Origin: an uncultured Chloroflexia bacterium
Lineage (GTDB): Bacteria; Chloroflexota; Anaerolineae; CG2-30-64-16
Direction of reading: 5' to 3'
DNA length: 64,000 nt
NCBI GenBank assembly: GCA_963774265.1
Contig: CAVZDU010000010.1
Span: forward strand, 192,001-256,000
Positions 49,975-60,349 of this stretch are shown here, piece after piece (position 1 is the first letter of the stretch; the number at the start of each line of letters is the position of its first letter). A program made the translations under genes and the position numbers. A model generated the notes under the pieces. It searched no databases. It saw nothing but the letters and a program-made list of their open reading frames with translations, and had not been told where the DNA came from.

Positions 49975-51069
49975 CTACGACCCGGAATGGACTAACCTAC
50001 GAGCGACTTTTCTGTCAGTCACCGGGAGCGCGAACTGATCCAGTTCGCCTGATTTCACCCAGCGCACCTCGCTGCAGGTGATGGGCTGCGCCTGACCTGA
50101 TTCAACTTGAGCGGTGAACGCGTGCAGCGTGATGCGAAAGTGGGTGTAGGCATGTTCAATCTCGGTGATGAGGCGCTGAGGCGTCACGGTCAGGCCCGTT
50201 TGATCCAACACGGTTCTCGCTAAGGCTATATCGAGTTTCTCCCCTGGGCGGGCCGTTCCCCCAGGAAACCCCCAGAGTCCACCCAGTAATCCCGTCGGCG
50301 GACGGCGCACGATGAGCGTTTCCCCGGTGCTGTTGGTAATGATACCTGCGACCACGTCATGATGGGGCGTGCCTGGTTTGATCGTTCGCGCTGGTCGCTT
50401 CTCCACTGTTCCTCGTGTAAAGGCGAGGCAAAGCTCACGGACGGGGCAGGCGGGGCAGTCTGGAGCATTTGGCGTGCACACGAGCGCGCCGAGCTCCATG
50501 AGCGCCTCATTCAGTTCGCCGGCTTGATCGTGGGGCGCTGCTCGCACCAATCCGGTCGACAGGTCCCACAAGGTCGACTCAGTCTCCGGTGCGCGTGGGT
50601 TTTCGGCAATATCATAGACGCGGCAAAGTACACGGCGCACATTACCGTCCAGTACCGGTTCGGCTTGGCCATATGCGATGCTGAGAACGGCCCCAACGGT
50701 GTAGCGGCCAATGCCGGGCAGGGCGAGGAGACCGGCGCGCTCATTTGGCACCTGTCCACCGTGGCGCTGCACGATGAGCTTTGCTGCTTGGTGCAGGTTG
50801 CGAGCGCGCGCATAGTAGCCCAAACCTTCCCAAGCCTTTAGAACGCGGTCAAGAGACGCTGCCGCCAGTGAAGCGGCATCTGGGAAATCCACCATCCAGC
50901 GCTCGAAATAGGGGATGACCGTGGCAACCTGCGTCTGCTGGAGCATCACCTCCGAGATCCAGACACTGTAGGGCGTACGGGTCCGCCGCCACGGCAGGTC
51001 CCGGCGGGACCTCGCCATCCATTCCAGCAGCCGCGATGCAACGGTGGACGAGGCGGCAGGTGCGATCAA
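49975..51069 (-). CDS. mutY: A/G-specific adenine glycosylase
   Basis: WISEVMLQQTQV, GLGYYARARN, LPGIGRYT, DGNVRR, 4Fe-4S Cys motif, NUDIX-like C-terminus. Confidence 0.95.
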   Translation of the reverse strand: MIAPAASSTVASRLLEWMARSRRDLPWRRTRTPYSVWISEVMLQQTQVATVIPYFERWMVDFPDAASLAAASLDRVLKAWEGLGYYARARNLHQAAKLIVQRHGGQVPNERAGLLALPGIGRYTVGAVLSIAYGQAEPVLDGNVRRVLCRVYDIAENPRAPETESTLWDLSTGLVRAAPHDQAGELNEALMELGALVCTPNAPDCPACPVRELCLAFTRGTVEKRPARTIKPGTPHHDVVAGIITNSTGETLIVRRPPTGLLGGLWGFPGGTARPGEKLDIALARTVLDQTGLTVTPQRLITEIEHAYTHFRITLHAFTAQVESGQAQPITCSEVRWVKSGELDQFALPVTDRKVARRLVHSGS

Positions 51070-51281
51070 CTTCCCCGGTTTAGCAGGATCGGAGCCAGAC
51101 ACTGTCCGGCAAACAAGAGGATCAGCATCAATGCCATCAGGACCCAGCTCCAAACGGGCAGGCCGAAAAAGACGGTTGGTTTCTTGGTCTTCTTTTCCAC
51201 AGGCCTGGGTAACTCGGCATCGCAACGCCAACAGACGCGCTTGTCGTCCGGGTTCCATTGGCCGCACTTCGGGCAGTCCAT
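51066..51281 (-). CDS. Small zinc-ribbon membrane protein
   Basis: GGAGG RBS; CPKC...CWRC followed by one TM helix; stop overlaps the mutY start. Confidence 0.7.
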   Translation of the reverse strand: MDCPKCGQWNPDDKRVCWRCDAELPRPVEKKTKKPTVFFGLPVWSWVLMALMLILLFAGQCLAPILLNRGS

Positions 51282-51351
51282 CGGGGTGCCTCCAAACAGA
51301 TGTAGAGGGAACTACGCTTGCATCTTAACACAGATTGGCGTGCTTTACAAG

Positions 51352-52671
51352 CTACTCTTGAGCAGGGCCAGTGCGTACAGTGACCATAAACAAGATTGAC
51401 GCCACGACACGGCCGGCTGCGGACAGCCAAAATAGCAGCCGTATGTCCGACACACTGACCAGCAGCATCCCGAGCAGAGGACCGATGAAGGACGCGCTGA
51501 AAACGGCCACCTGATAAGTGGCAGAGAAGCGCGCTCGCTGCTCGTCGGGCGCCAGCCCCAGCATCAAGTTGAAGCTCGCCAGGCTGTAGCCTGCCCAGGC
51601 GAATCCAGACAGGCTTTCCACCATCAGCAGGAACCATGGATTGGGAGCGATGGCATACAGGACGGGGACGAGGGGAATCAACAGACCCGTCACCGCCATG
51701 AGCCAGACCGCGCCTTTACGGTCGTTGAGCCGGCCCCATATCCGCTGCCCGATGATGTTGGCAAGACTGTTGATAGCCGCGAGCAGACCGATCTGCGTTG
51801 GGCTGGCAGCCAGGACGCGTACAATAAACACGCTAAAGTACGGCCCCGCAACCATGATCGACAGGTTCCAAAAGAAGCCGACAGCAGTGAACGCAGCAAA
51901 ACGAGGATGGCTGCGCAACAGCAACCACAGCGGTTGTTTCACGGTGGTTATTTCAGCCGTCACAGAACGAGAACGAGGCGGTTCGGGGATGCGATTGAAA
52001 ATGACGGTGGCGACAAATCCCACGAGTCCGGCGAGAACGAAGCCGACCTGATAGCCGCGCGGTAGCCCAATGACATCGGCCAGCCTGCCAACCAATACCG
52101 TGGAAATCAGGGCAGCCAGTGCGAGGCCAATGTTGCGCGAGCTAAAGTAGCGCCCACGGATGCGTGGCGGCACAAGGTCAGCCGAAAAAGCCGACCAGGC
52201 CGGAAAAGAAAGCTGCGAAAAGAAGGAGCGCAACGCGACGAGTGCAATGAAAGCGTAAATTGCGCCGCCGCCGACCAGCAAGGGCAATAAAGCTATCGCG
52301 AGTAGGAGCAGCCGATGGACCAGGCTCCCAAGGACCACAAGGCGTTTGCGACTTGCGATGCGTTCATCAAGGCGCGCACCCGGAAACAGGGCGAGCGCGG
52401 CCGCCAGATTTGTGATGCTGCTCATTATGCCCATCTGCGCATTTGTCGCGCCAAGGGCCAGCGCAAATGGGTTGGTAAAATTCAGCACAAAGGATTCGGA
52501 GACGTTACTTACCAGGCCATCTGCCCAAAACAGATGGCGTCCATGCCGGCTGCCGGGCTGCGCGTCCGTATCGGGATCGTGTGGGCCGGCAAGAAATTCA
52601 TCCAGGCGAGTGTTCAGCACACGCGGCGCGCGAACGGCTTTGTGGGGTCTGGCGACGTTTTGGTCTGACAT
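51352..52671 (-). CDS. MFS transporter
   Basis: About 12 hydrophobic segments; DLVPPRIRGRYFS; WGRLNDRKG. Confidence 0.88.
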   Translation of the reverse strand: MSDQNVARPHKAVRAPRVLNTRLDEFLAGPHDPDTDAQPGSRHGRHLFWADGLVSNVSESFVLNFTNPFALALGATNAQMGIMSSITNLAAALALFPGARLDERIASRKRLVVLGSLVHRLLLLAIALLPLLVGGGAIYAFIALVALRSFFSQLSFPAWSAFSADLVPPRIRGRYFSSRNIGLALAALISTVLVGRLADVIGLPRGYQVGFVLAGLVGFVATVIFNRIPEPPRSRSVTAEITTVKQPLWLLLRSHPRFAAFTAVGFFWNLSIMVAGPYFSVFIVRVLAASPTQIGLLAAINSLANIIGQRIWGRLNDRKGAVWLMAVTGLLIPLVPVLYAIAPNPWFLLMVESLSGFAWAGYSLASFNLMLGLAPDEQRARFSATYQVAVFSASFIGPLLGMLLVSVSDIRLLFWLSAAGRVVASILFMVTVRTGPAQE

Positions 52672-52769
52672 GATTCCAGAATGCAAAAGATTCGGCGGCC
52701 AATGGGCCGCCACGACGAGTATACAGCAGGGGCTTGGCCGGTCAAAAATAGCCGGGCATGCTTTCCGGT

Positions 52770-53879
52770 TTACTGAGAGATGACGGGGAGGCGGACCGCG
52801 TGAGTGCATGTGAGCGCATGTGGCACGGCCACGGGTGTTGACTCCACCCACACGCCCACAAAACGATGATCTGGCCAGGCGCCCTTCTGTCCGGGGATCT
52901 GTCGGGCCGCGGATCGGACGCGGAAACGATAGGTCTGGTCATAGCACGACGGAGAGGCTATGAAGAACGCCCTTCCGGCCTCCTGGTTTGTCACCCAGCT
53001 CTGCCACTGACCCGCCCCTGCGCGGACCTGCACCTCAAAGGATATCCGGTAATTGCCCGCCGGGATGGCATCGATGTCCGGCCCTAGCTCACCCGCCCAA
53101 GCGATTCCGATCGAATTGCCGCTAGTTTCCAGGCTCGTAATATGTGACGATGGCGCGTGTACCAGCTTTACGGCATCTGCAAAGACATGGTTTCCGTGAT
53201 GTAGAAATGGGCTAACGGTACGGATGAAAACGGTCAGGTTCGAGCCTTGTGCGGTCGCGGCCAAGGCGAGGTTGGCCCAACGCACCTCCGTGTGTGGACG
53301 GCGGTCCTCCGTCCACACAACGGATTGGGCGGTAGGATCGACGCCTCCTGTGGGGTCCAGGCCCGCCATCTTTGCGATGTACGCACCCTGCGGACAATCG
53401 CTCGGGGTCGCGCTGCCGCCACATAGGCTCGTCATCCACGCACTCAGACTATAGGGTGTGCCGGGGGTCACGGTCACCGGTTGATAGAGCACGAGATCAA
53501 ATGGCGGGGCCACGAAATCCTGTCCAAAGGGTGCGTAGGCCGCCATGAAAATATAGCTGTCGTGGCCTTCGATCTTCTCCCAACTCATGTCGTTGGGGTC
53601 GCAGCTCATCGTGGCCCACATCTGCGTGCTCACCATGAATGGGTCCCCGCCGGTGAGAATATCGGCTACCCAGCCATTTGGGACCATTCCGTGGACGCCG
53701 GGCTGGTCGTGATAGCCATCGCCACACTCGAACCCGGGATTAAGCAGCACGGGGGCTCCCGGGGTTGCTGCATCCGCCGGTTTGTGCACTAGCTGGCCTG
53801 TTCCCGCCGGCCAGAGTAGCACAAGGTTAAGGACGAGCGCCAGGATGAGCGACAACACCGGAACAGTTGCAGGTCTCAT
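52770..53879 (-). CDS. Exported hypothetical protein (CBM-like + FnIII-like; C-terminal LP motif)
   Basis: Signal peptide, LLNPGFE, YRFRVRS, ends AVRLPVISQ. Confidence 0.7.
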   Translation of the reverse strand: MRPATVPVLSLILALVLNLVLLWPAGTGQLVHKPADAATPGAPVLLNPGFECGDGYHDQPGVHGMVPNGWVADILTGGDPFMVSTQMWATMSCDPNDMSWEKIEGHDSYIFMAAYAPFGQDFVAPPFDLVLYQPVTVTPGTPYSLSAWMTSLCGGSATPSDCPQGAYIAKMAGLDPTGGVDPTAQSVVWTEDRRPHTEVRWANLALAATAQGSNLTVFIRTVSPFLHHGNHVFADAVKLVHAPSSHITSLETSGNSIGIAWAGELGPDIDAIPAGNYRISFEVQVRAGAGQWQSWVTNQEAGRAFFIASPSCYDQTYRFRVRSAARQIPGQKGAWPDHRFVGVWVESTPVAVPHALTCTHAVRLPVISQ

Positions 53880-54934
53880 CGTCCGGTAGGTGAAACACCG
53901 AGCAGCGCATAATCAAAGAGCCCATTTCGCATAATGGTCTGACCGTCCACCTCAATGGTGCAGTTGATCGGTATCACGTCGACATGCACATTCGACGTCC
54001 AATCCGCGCCGGTCTCGTGGGGATAGGGGTTGCCGAACGCGACGTGGACCCCAGGGAGCTTCTCATCCTGAAGGAGGTTGCCTGTTAGCTTCTTCAGGCC
54101 GATATTGGTGCCAATAGCAAACTCACCCGCGCGGCGTCCGTTCTCAGAGGAGTCAAGATACTCTGTAAGCTCCGCAGCAACCGCGAGATTCTCACTTTCG
54201 ACCGCAGTTACGAGGCCATCGGTCAGGCGGAAGACCACTGGCTTCTCAAGTACTCCGTACTTCTCGCTGAAGTAGTCACCCAGGATGTGAGCCACCAGCA
54301 CGCCATCCAGGCTCTTTGGGCACGTGAAGGTTTCACCTTCGGGCAGGTTGCCCCATTGGCCCTGCTCGTGGTAGATGCCCGTGGACGGCACCCATCTCAG
54401 CTTAGAATCGATCTGGGCAGTGAGATCGGTGCCGTCGGGCGTGCTAACCCGGATCGTATGCGCGTCTCGCCCGAGATCGTAGACGGCTCGCGTGAGCGCC
54501 GCGACGATTTTATAGTCCGCTCGCATGCCCTCGACCATCAATTGCCGCGTTACGCCGGGCATGTGCGCGTGGCGGACCTTGAGCTCCTGCAACAGGAAGA
54601 CACGCAAGGCCATTCGGAAGGACAACTCTCCAGGTTGGCTGGCGGCTGCATAGAATGTGACGCTGGGTCGATAGTTGCTCAGTTCACGGCGAAGCCCTTC
54701 CTGGAATTCGGTCATAGGCCGAAGACCGAAGTGCTCCAGATCGTAAATAACCACACTCGCGCCCACCTCGGCTGCTTCCTCAGACAGCAGGCGGCCGATT
54801 GCGTGGGTCACCCGGTCCGTGAGAACGAAAACACGATCCGTGGGTTTAACGCCCATACACGTGCGAACCGCGGTGCGAGCACCGGCTCGCATCGCCTCGA
54901 TCTGGCTCAGAGTCAGTTTCGGTTGATTCCTCAT
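53876..54934 (-). CDS. Aminopeptidase (M29/thermophilic metalloprotease-like)
   Basis: NLPEGETF, GEFAIGTN, DEK, HVAFG, HVD. Confidence 0.88.
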   Translation of the reverse strand: MRNQPKLTLSQIEAMRAGARTAVRTCMGVKPTDRVFVLTDRVTHAIGRLLSEEAAEVGASVVIYDLEHFGLRPMTEFQEGLRRELSNYRPSVTFYAAASQPGELSFRMALRVFLLQELKVRHAHMPGVTRQLMVEGMRADYKIVAALTRAVYDLGRDAHTIRVSTPDGTDLTAQIDSKLRWVPSTGIYHEQGQWGNLPEGETFTCPKSLDGVLVAHILGDYFSEKYGVLEKPVVFRLTDGLVTAVESENLAVAAELTEYLDSSENGRRAGEFAIGTNIGLKKLTGNLLQDEKLPGVHVAFGNPYPHETGADWTSNVHVDVIPINCTIEVDGQTIMRNGLFDYALLGVSPTGR

Positions 54935-54979
54935 TATCCTACTCCATCCATCAACGCTCTGTAGCGGGCTGGCGCCCCG

Positions 54980-56174
54980 TCATTCCAATTCAATCGCGAG
55001 AGCCACTGCCTCGCCACCGCCGAGGCAGAGCGCAGCCAGTCCCGTGTGGGCGTTTCGGTCGCGCATTGCGTATAGCAAGGTCGTCAAGACGCGCGCACCA
55101 CTGGCGCCGATGGGATGGCCCAGTGCGATGGCGCCCCCGTTGACGTTGACATGTTCCATGTCCAGCTCCAATTCTCGGACATTGGTAACGGCTTGCGCAG
55201 CGAATGCTTCATTTAGTTCAACAAGATCGTAATCAGTGGGTTGGCAACCGAGCTTCTCGCTGAGCTGGCGGACCGCGAGAATGGGAGCGACGAAGACTTC
55301 ATGGGGCTTTGCCCGTCCCTGCGCATAGCCAGAGATTCTGGCAAGCGGCTGGAGTCCCAGGGATTGAGCCGCAGAACGCCGGGCAAGAACGAGGGCTGCC
55401 GCGCCATCGGTGATTCCGGGCGCGTTTCCGGCTGTCACTGTGCCGCCTTCGCGAAACGCCGGCTTGAGACTTGCCAACACAGCCGCGCTCGGTGTCTCGG
55501 CGCGGACCTTCATCTACGTCAAATGAGATGGGCGGGCCTTTGCGCTGGGGAAGTGGCACGGGAGTGATCTCGGCTTTGAATTTGCCTTCGTCTATAGCCG
55601 CGACCGCTCGTTGATGGCTAAGCAAAGCGAGAGCATCCTGGTCTGCCCGCGTCACGCCGTATGTCTCAGCCGTCCACTCAGCAAACTCCCCCATATGCTT
55701 TTGGTCATAGGGGTCCCACAGGCCATCATGGATGACCGCATCCACCAGATCGCCATTTCCCAAGCGATAGCCGAACCGCGCACGCATGAGCAGATAGGGC
55801 GCCAGGTTCATGCTCTCCATGCCACCAGCGATGTAGAAATCGCCCACACCCGTTGCGATGTCAGCAGCTGCAAGCATGACCGCTTTCAAGCCTGAGCCAC
55901 ACACCTTATTTATCGTCGTCGCGCCAATCTCAGGCGGAAGGCCCGCCTTGATGACTGCCTGACGCGCGGGGGCCTGGCCCGCTCCTGCTTGCACGACATT
56001 TCCCATGTAAGCTTCTGTGATCACGGATGGGTCCAGCCCTGCGCGTTCCACTGCTGCCTTGATCGCAATTGCGCCAAGCTGCGTTGCAGGAATGGCGCTC
56101 AGAGCACCTTGGAACTTGCCGATAGCCGTTCGGGCGGCACTGAGAATGACGACGTCGTCTGCCTGCTTCATCAC
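54980..56174 (-). CDS. Acetyl-CoA C-acetyltransferase (thiolase; frameshift ~55495)
   Basis: NKVCGSG, GGMESM, NEAFA, GHPIGASG, LCLGGG. Confidence 0.95.
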
Positions 56175-56199
56175 GGGTTTAGCTCCTTTCGCCTATGCG

Positions 56200-56976
56200 C
56201 TACTTCAGCAAGAAACCCTGATTCTCCAGCGCAACGCGCAGATGCGTACGCGTGGGCTGTGATACGCGGCGCGCCGTATGCTCTAGCCAACCGTAGTCTT
56301 CCGTGACTTCGGGCTTGCCGGGCATCGGCACCTGTCGGCCCTCGTAAATGCCTGTCGCAATCATCGCCTTGTCGTAGGCGAGCAGCCACTCATCTGTGTG
56401 GCGGGTGTCGTACTGCTCATGGTGGAGCACCGCAGCCGTGTCCAGGCGGGGTCGTTTTGGCGGTTCGGTCGCTGGCCAACCGACGGTCATTCCAGCGATC
56501 GGGAAGGTAAGTCGCGGGAGTCCCAGGAGCTCGATGATCTGCGCTGGATTGTTGCGGATGCCGCCAATGTAGCAAATACCCAACCCGAGCGATTCAGCCG
56601 CCAAAGCCGCGCTTTGAGCTGCGACGGCGGTATCAATAGCAGCCACAAGGAGGTTTTCGCAGTAATCGGCTGTTTGGGTGTAGCCGCGAAGCTTACACGC
56701 GCGGTCCAGACGGGCCAGATCCGCACACCAGGCGAGGAAAATGGGGGCCTGGGCAACATGCGCCTGGTTTCCACAGAGCTCGGCAAGGCGCTCTCGTTTC
56801 GCTGGGTCTTCCACGGCCACCACAGTCCACATTTGAAGGTTTGATGAAGTCGAAGCGCGTTGAGCAGCATGGACAATCGCGGTAATAGTGGGTGCTGGCA
56901 CGGGGTCTGGTCGGTATCTTCGCACAGAGCCGTGGTTGTGCATCAAGACGAGAACGGGGTTGGTGGGAACGGTCAT
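56200..56976 (-). CDS. NfsA/FRP-type NADPH-dependent nitroreductase
   Basis: HGSVRRY, ASTSSNLQ, AESLGLGICYIGGIRN, RPRL. Confidence 0.92.
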   Translation of the reverse strand: MTVPTNPVLVLMHNHGSVRRYRPDPVPAPTITAIVHAAQRASTSSNLQMWTVVAVEDPAKRERLAELCGNQAHVAQAPIFLAWCADLARLDRACKLRGYTQTADYCENLLVAAIDTAVAAQSAALAAESLGLGICYIGGIRNNPAQIIELLGLPRLTFPIAGMTVGWPATEPPKRPRLDTAAVLHHEQYDTRHTDEWLLAYDKAMIATGIYEGRQVPMPGKPEVTEDYGWLEHTARRVSQPTRTHLRVALENQGFLLK

Positions 56977-57098
56977 TTGCGTCGACTCTCCTTGCTCGGC
57001 AGTCTCAACCGCATTGTAGCACTTGCAAGGATTCTGGGCCAGCGCGTTTTCCTCTTCTCGTCGACGTGAATGACACGGTTGTCGAAACAGGCGTCTTG

Positions 57099-57821
57099 TT
57101 ATCTGAGTGACCGGACGAGCGAGTGGAGTCTGACCGCAGCTCCGCCGATGATCTCGGCCCCATGGCCGAAGCAAATTACATCCGGCTCGAGCGCAGCCAG
57201 TTTGCGCACGCTTTGTACGACTTCCCGGTTATCGACCGAGTATGCGCCGAGGGGCGCCCGAATCTCACCGCGTAGCTGGCTGCCCAACGCGTCGCCCGCA
57301 ATCAGCACCCGTTCAGCAGGATGCCAGTAGGCCAGGTGCCCAGGGGTATGCCCGGGTGTATGAACCGCAATCCAGCCCCCCGGTAGACGAGCGCCATCCT
57401 GGACGGGCCACGTCACTGTCACGGCTTGTTTTGGCCTGGCTGCATAGGCCAGACCGGTCACCCCGCGCAGGAAAAGGCTGAACGGGTTTTTGTAATCTGG
57501 CATGGGACGCCAGGCTGTTCCGGCCAGGCTGGCCACCTCAGACTCATGAGCGACCACAAGCGCACCGCTGGCCTCTACCAACTCAGCCAGTGCGCCGGTG
57601 TGATCGTAGTCATCGTGCGTAACCGCCACCGTCCGAACCTGTTCGACGGGGCAGCCAAGCATGCGAAGACTATCGAACATGGCACCCGCATGCCACGGGT
57701 AGCCGCAGTCAAAGACAATTGGCTCGCCATCGCCTCGTTCGGCTGAGGCAGGATGCCACACATAGGCATTCACACCGAGCCCTACACCTGCAATGCAGTG
57801 CAGGCCAGAAATAACTTCCAT
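57099..57821 (-). CDS. MBL-fold metallo-hydrolase
   Basis: THDDYDHTG, HTPGHTPGH, IAGDA, FGHG. Confidence 0.9.
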   Translation of the reverse strand: MEVISGLHCIAGVGLGVNAYVWHPASAERGDGEPIVFDCGYPWHAGAMFDSLRMLGCPVEQVRTVAVTHDDYDHTGALAELVEASGALVVAHESEVASLAGTAWRPMPDYKNPFSLFLRGVTGLAYAARPKQAVTVTWPVQDGARLPGGWIAVHTPGHTPGHLAYWHPAERVLIAGDALGSQLRGEIRAPLGAYSVDNREVVQSVRKLAALEPDVICFGHGAEIIGGAAVRLHSLVRSLR

Positions 57822-58363
57822 TACAGGCCAGGCAACCCGAACCGATCGTCAAACATCTTGATCGCTCGCTGGATTTCCTTCTTGGCGGCTACCGCATCTT
57901 CCCAGCCGATTGGTTTCGTACGCACCCCTTCCAGGTCTTTGTAAACCTCGAAAAAGTGCGCGACTTCGTGCAGAAAGTGCGGCGGCACATCACTCAGGTC
58001 ATGATATTCGGAGAACAGCGGATCGGTGTCGGGGACGGCAAGGATCTTGTCGTCGTTCGCACCTCGATCAAGCATGCGGAATACTCCGATGGGCCGCGCT
58101 TGGATGATGCACCCGGGGAAGGTGGGCTCATTGGTCATCAGCAAGATGTCCAGCGGATCGCCATCATCGTAGAAGGTGCGCGGAATAAGGCCGTAGTCGC
58201 CAGGGTAGTGCAACGACGAGAAGAGAACGCGATCGAGTACGATCACGCCATTTTCTTTGTTGTACTCGTACTTGTTGCGGGATCCCTTGGGGATCTCGAT
58301 GATGGCATAGACGATTTCCGGCACGTTGGGGCCGGGGCGTAGTTCACGCCACAGGTTTTGCAT
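57821..58363 (-). CDS. ppa: Inorganic pyrophosphatase (family I)
   Basis: IEIPKGSRNKYE, DGDPLD, DDKI, YKDLE. Confidence 0.96.
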   Translation of the reverse strand: MQNLWRELRPGPNVPEIVYAIIEIPKGSRNKYEYNKENGVIVLDRVLFSSLHYPGDYGLIPRTFYDDGDPLDILLMTNEPTFPGCIIQARPIGVFRMLDRGANDDKILAVPDTDPLFSEYHDLSDVPPHFLHEVAHFFEVYKDLEGVRTKPIGWEDAVAAKKEIQRAIKMFDDRFGLPGL

Positions 58364-58411
58364 TGTTCATCCCTTCGGCTGACGGCCCATACAGTCCATT
58401 GAATACTTCCG

Positions 58412-58663
58412 CTAGAGATGTCGCAGACGCACTACCGGCTCGCCCACGAACGTTTCCAGATCAGCCCGAGCGACATGCGCAGCCCGTGCGAGGCCATCAG
58501 GTGTGGTGAAGTCCTCGAACTTCAGGCCCACCAGGGTTTCCCTCTCGCTTTCACTGAGCGACCGACTGGCCAAGACTGCCGAAGCATTCGCCAACAACTT
58601 CGCGCGGCACATTCCGCAGTTGTGGCTGTGGGCCAGGACAATCAAAAATTCACGCTGTGACAT
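58412..58663 (-). CDS. 83-aa protein resembling NHLP-clan (Os1348/Franean1_4349-like) peptides
   Basis: RBS overlapping the deoC end; MSQRE...[29 protein letters not shown] follows the 'FR..LL.dp...la...Lt.eE...l' pattern. Confidence 0.55.
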   Translation of the reverse strand: MSQREFLIVLAHSHNCGMCRAKLLANASAVLASRSLSESERETLVGLKFEDFTTPDGLARAAHVARADLETFVGEPVVRLRHL

Positions 58664-59504
58664 CGTCGCCTTCTGCCCGCTCACTTTTCAGCTCGTCCAG
58701 GATCTTTATGCCGGCGCTGGCTCCGATACGCGTCGCACCGGCCCCGATCATGGCCTTGGCATCCGCAGCGGTTTTCACCCCTCCTGCGGCCTTAACTCCC
58801 ATGTTCGGCCCGACCACTCGGCGCATCAACGCCACATCTTCCACCGTCGCGCCAGTCGCTGCAAACCCGGTCGATGTTTTGACATAATCGGCGCCGGCAA
58901 TCTTGGCCAGAACGCAGGCCGCGACCTTTTCCTCGTTTGTCAGGTACGCAGCCTCGATAATGACCTTGACGATCGCGCCAAGCGGATGTGCTGCCTTCAC
59001 CACCGCCGCGATGTCGCTGTGAACCACATCATACTGCCCAACCTTGAGTGCGCCGATGTTAATGACCATGTCGAGCTCGGTGGCGCCCAGGAGGGCACAA
59101 CGTTGCGCCTCAAACGCTTTTACCTCAGGCAAGGTGGCGCCAAGCGGGAAGCCAATTACTGTACAAACCTTCACAGGTGATCCCAACAGTAACTCCACAC
59201 ACAGAGGCACCCAGGCCGGGTTGACGCACACGGTGGCGAAACCGAATTCGCGCGCTTCCGAACATAGTTGGCGGAGCTGATCCTCGGTAGCGTTGGGCTT
59301 CAGAATCGTGTGGTCGATCATGCCTGCAATTCGAGCGCCATCCAGGTTCGTCTCGACAGATTGCCCCTCATCTGTGCCGGGATTATGCCCGGTGGACTGC
59401 CCGCCTTCGCCAGGGTAGATCGCGAGGACCTCGCGCTTGATGATTTCGGCCAGTTGGTCCAGAGAATAGGCGCCTGACGCGCCTGGGCGGAGTGCGTCTC
59501 TCAT
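58650..59504 (-). CDS. deoC: Deoxyribose-phosphate aldolase
   Basis: IDHTILK, VIGFPLG, ELDMV, KTSTGF, VKAAGG, RIGAS. Confidence 0.96.
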   Translation of the reverse strand: MRDALRPGASGAYSLDQLAEIIKREVLAIYPGEGGQSTGHNPGTDEGQSVETNLDGARIAGMIDHTILKPNATEDQLRQLCSEAREFGFATVCVNPAWVPLCVELLLGSPVKVCTVIGFPLGATLPEVKAFEAQRCALLGATELDMVINIGALKVGQYDVVHSDIAAVVKAAHPLGAIVKVIIEAAYLTNEEKVAACVLAKIAGADYVKTSTGFAATGATVEDVALMRRVVGPNMGVKAAGGVKTAADAKAMIGAGATRIGASAGIKILDELKSERAEGDDVTA

Positions 59505-59579
59505 TTCCTACACCTTTTCTCGATCGCCCCAATCTGCTTTACGCGCGCTGTTTGGCGGTCGCTGTTGTGGGCAGCGCTT

Positions 59580-59615
59580 TACCGAGCGGCGGCGCTCTAC
59601 CGAGCGGCGGCGCTC
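59580..59615. repeat. 18-bp tandem duplication across the lepB stop
   Basis: TACCGAGCGGCGGCGCTC x2. Confidence 0.7.
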
Positions 59616-60271
59616 AGATCGGTCAGGTTATAGTGCGGAACAATAGACCAGTATTTGGGTGGCCAATACGATACCAGCGCTTTGCCGATGATGTGGTCGA
59701 GCTTGAGTGGACCCCACAAATGCGAGTCGCTGGAGTTGTTTCGATTGTCGCCCATGACGTAGACCTCGTCGGGACCTACGGTGAGAGGTGGTGCATTATA
59801 GCTGCCAGGATTCGGGCCAAATGGCTCCGGCATCAACAGACCGTCCACGTACACTTGTCCGTTGCGAACCTCGACGGTCTCTCCCGGCAAGCCGATGACA
59901 CGTTTGATGAAATCACGGCTGGGGTCGCGCGGGTACTTGAAGATGACGACATCCCCGCGTGTGGGCACGCGAGAGCACCAGGTTTTGTCGAACATCGACA
60001 CGTTGACGACCGGGATCTCGATGTGGATACCCGTGCAGTAGGCGAAGCGATTCACGATGAGGAATTGGCGATCGTGAAAGTTAGGTTCCATGCTGATGCC
60101 ATCGATCCGGTAATTGTGGATAAAGTTGCGGATGACCATCACCATCAGCAAGGCCATCACCAGGATTTGCACCAGTTCCCAGAGACTGCGTCCCAAGGAA
60201 GCAGCGGCAGGCGCAGGGGTTTTCTGCGTCGCGGGCGTAGAAGTTGTCGGTTCTGATTCAGACACGAGCAC
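59597..60271 (-). CDS. lepB: Signal peptidase I
   Basis: SMEPN, RGDVVIF, IKRVIGLPG, MGDNRNNSSDS. Confidence 0.96.
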   Translation of the reverse strand: MLVSESEPTTSTPATQKTPAPAAASLGRSLWELVQILVMALLMVMVIRNFIHNYRIDGISMEPNFHDRQFLIVNRFAYCTGIHIEIPVVNVSMFDKTWCSRVPTRGDVVIFKYPRDPSRDFIKRVIGLPGETVEVRNGQVYVDGLLMPEPFGPNPGSYNAPPLTVGPDEVYVMGDNRNNSSDSHLWGPLKLDHIIGKALVSYWPPKYWSIVPHYNLTDLSAAAR

Positions 60272-60349
60272 TTAATCCTTAGCCTTGAATATTCGCAAGA
60301 TTATAGCACTGGGGAGGGGCGCAAGCAAACACAAATGCGTTATTCATCC

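Noticed and set aside
59580-59615. 18-bp duplication at the lepB 3' end as an insertion scar
   Set aside because: The copies are adjacent with nothing between them; simple slippage duplication, no coding effect.
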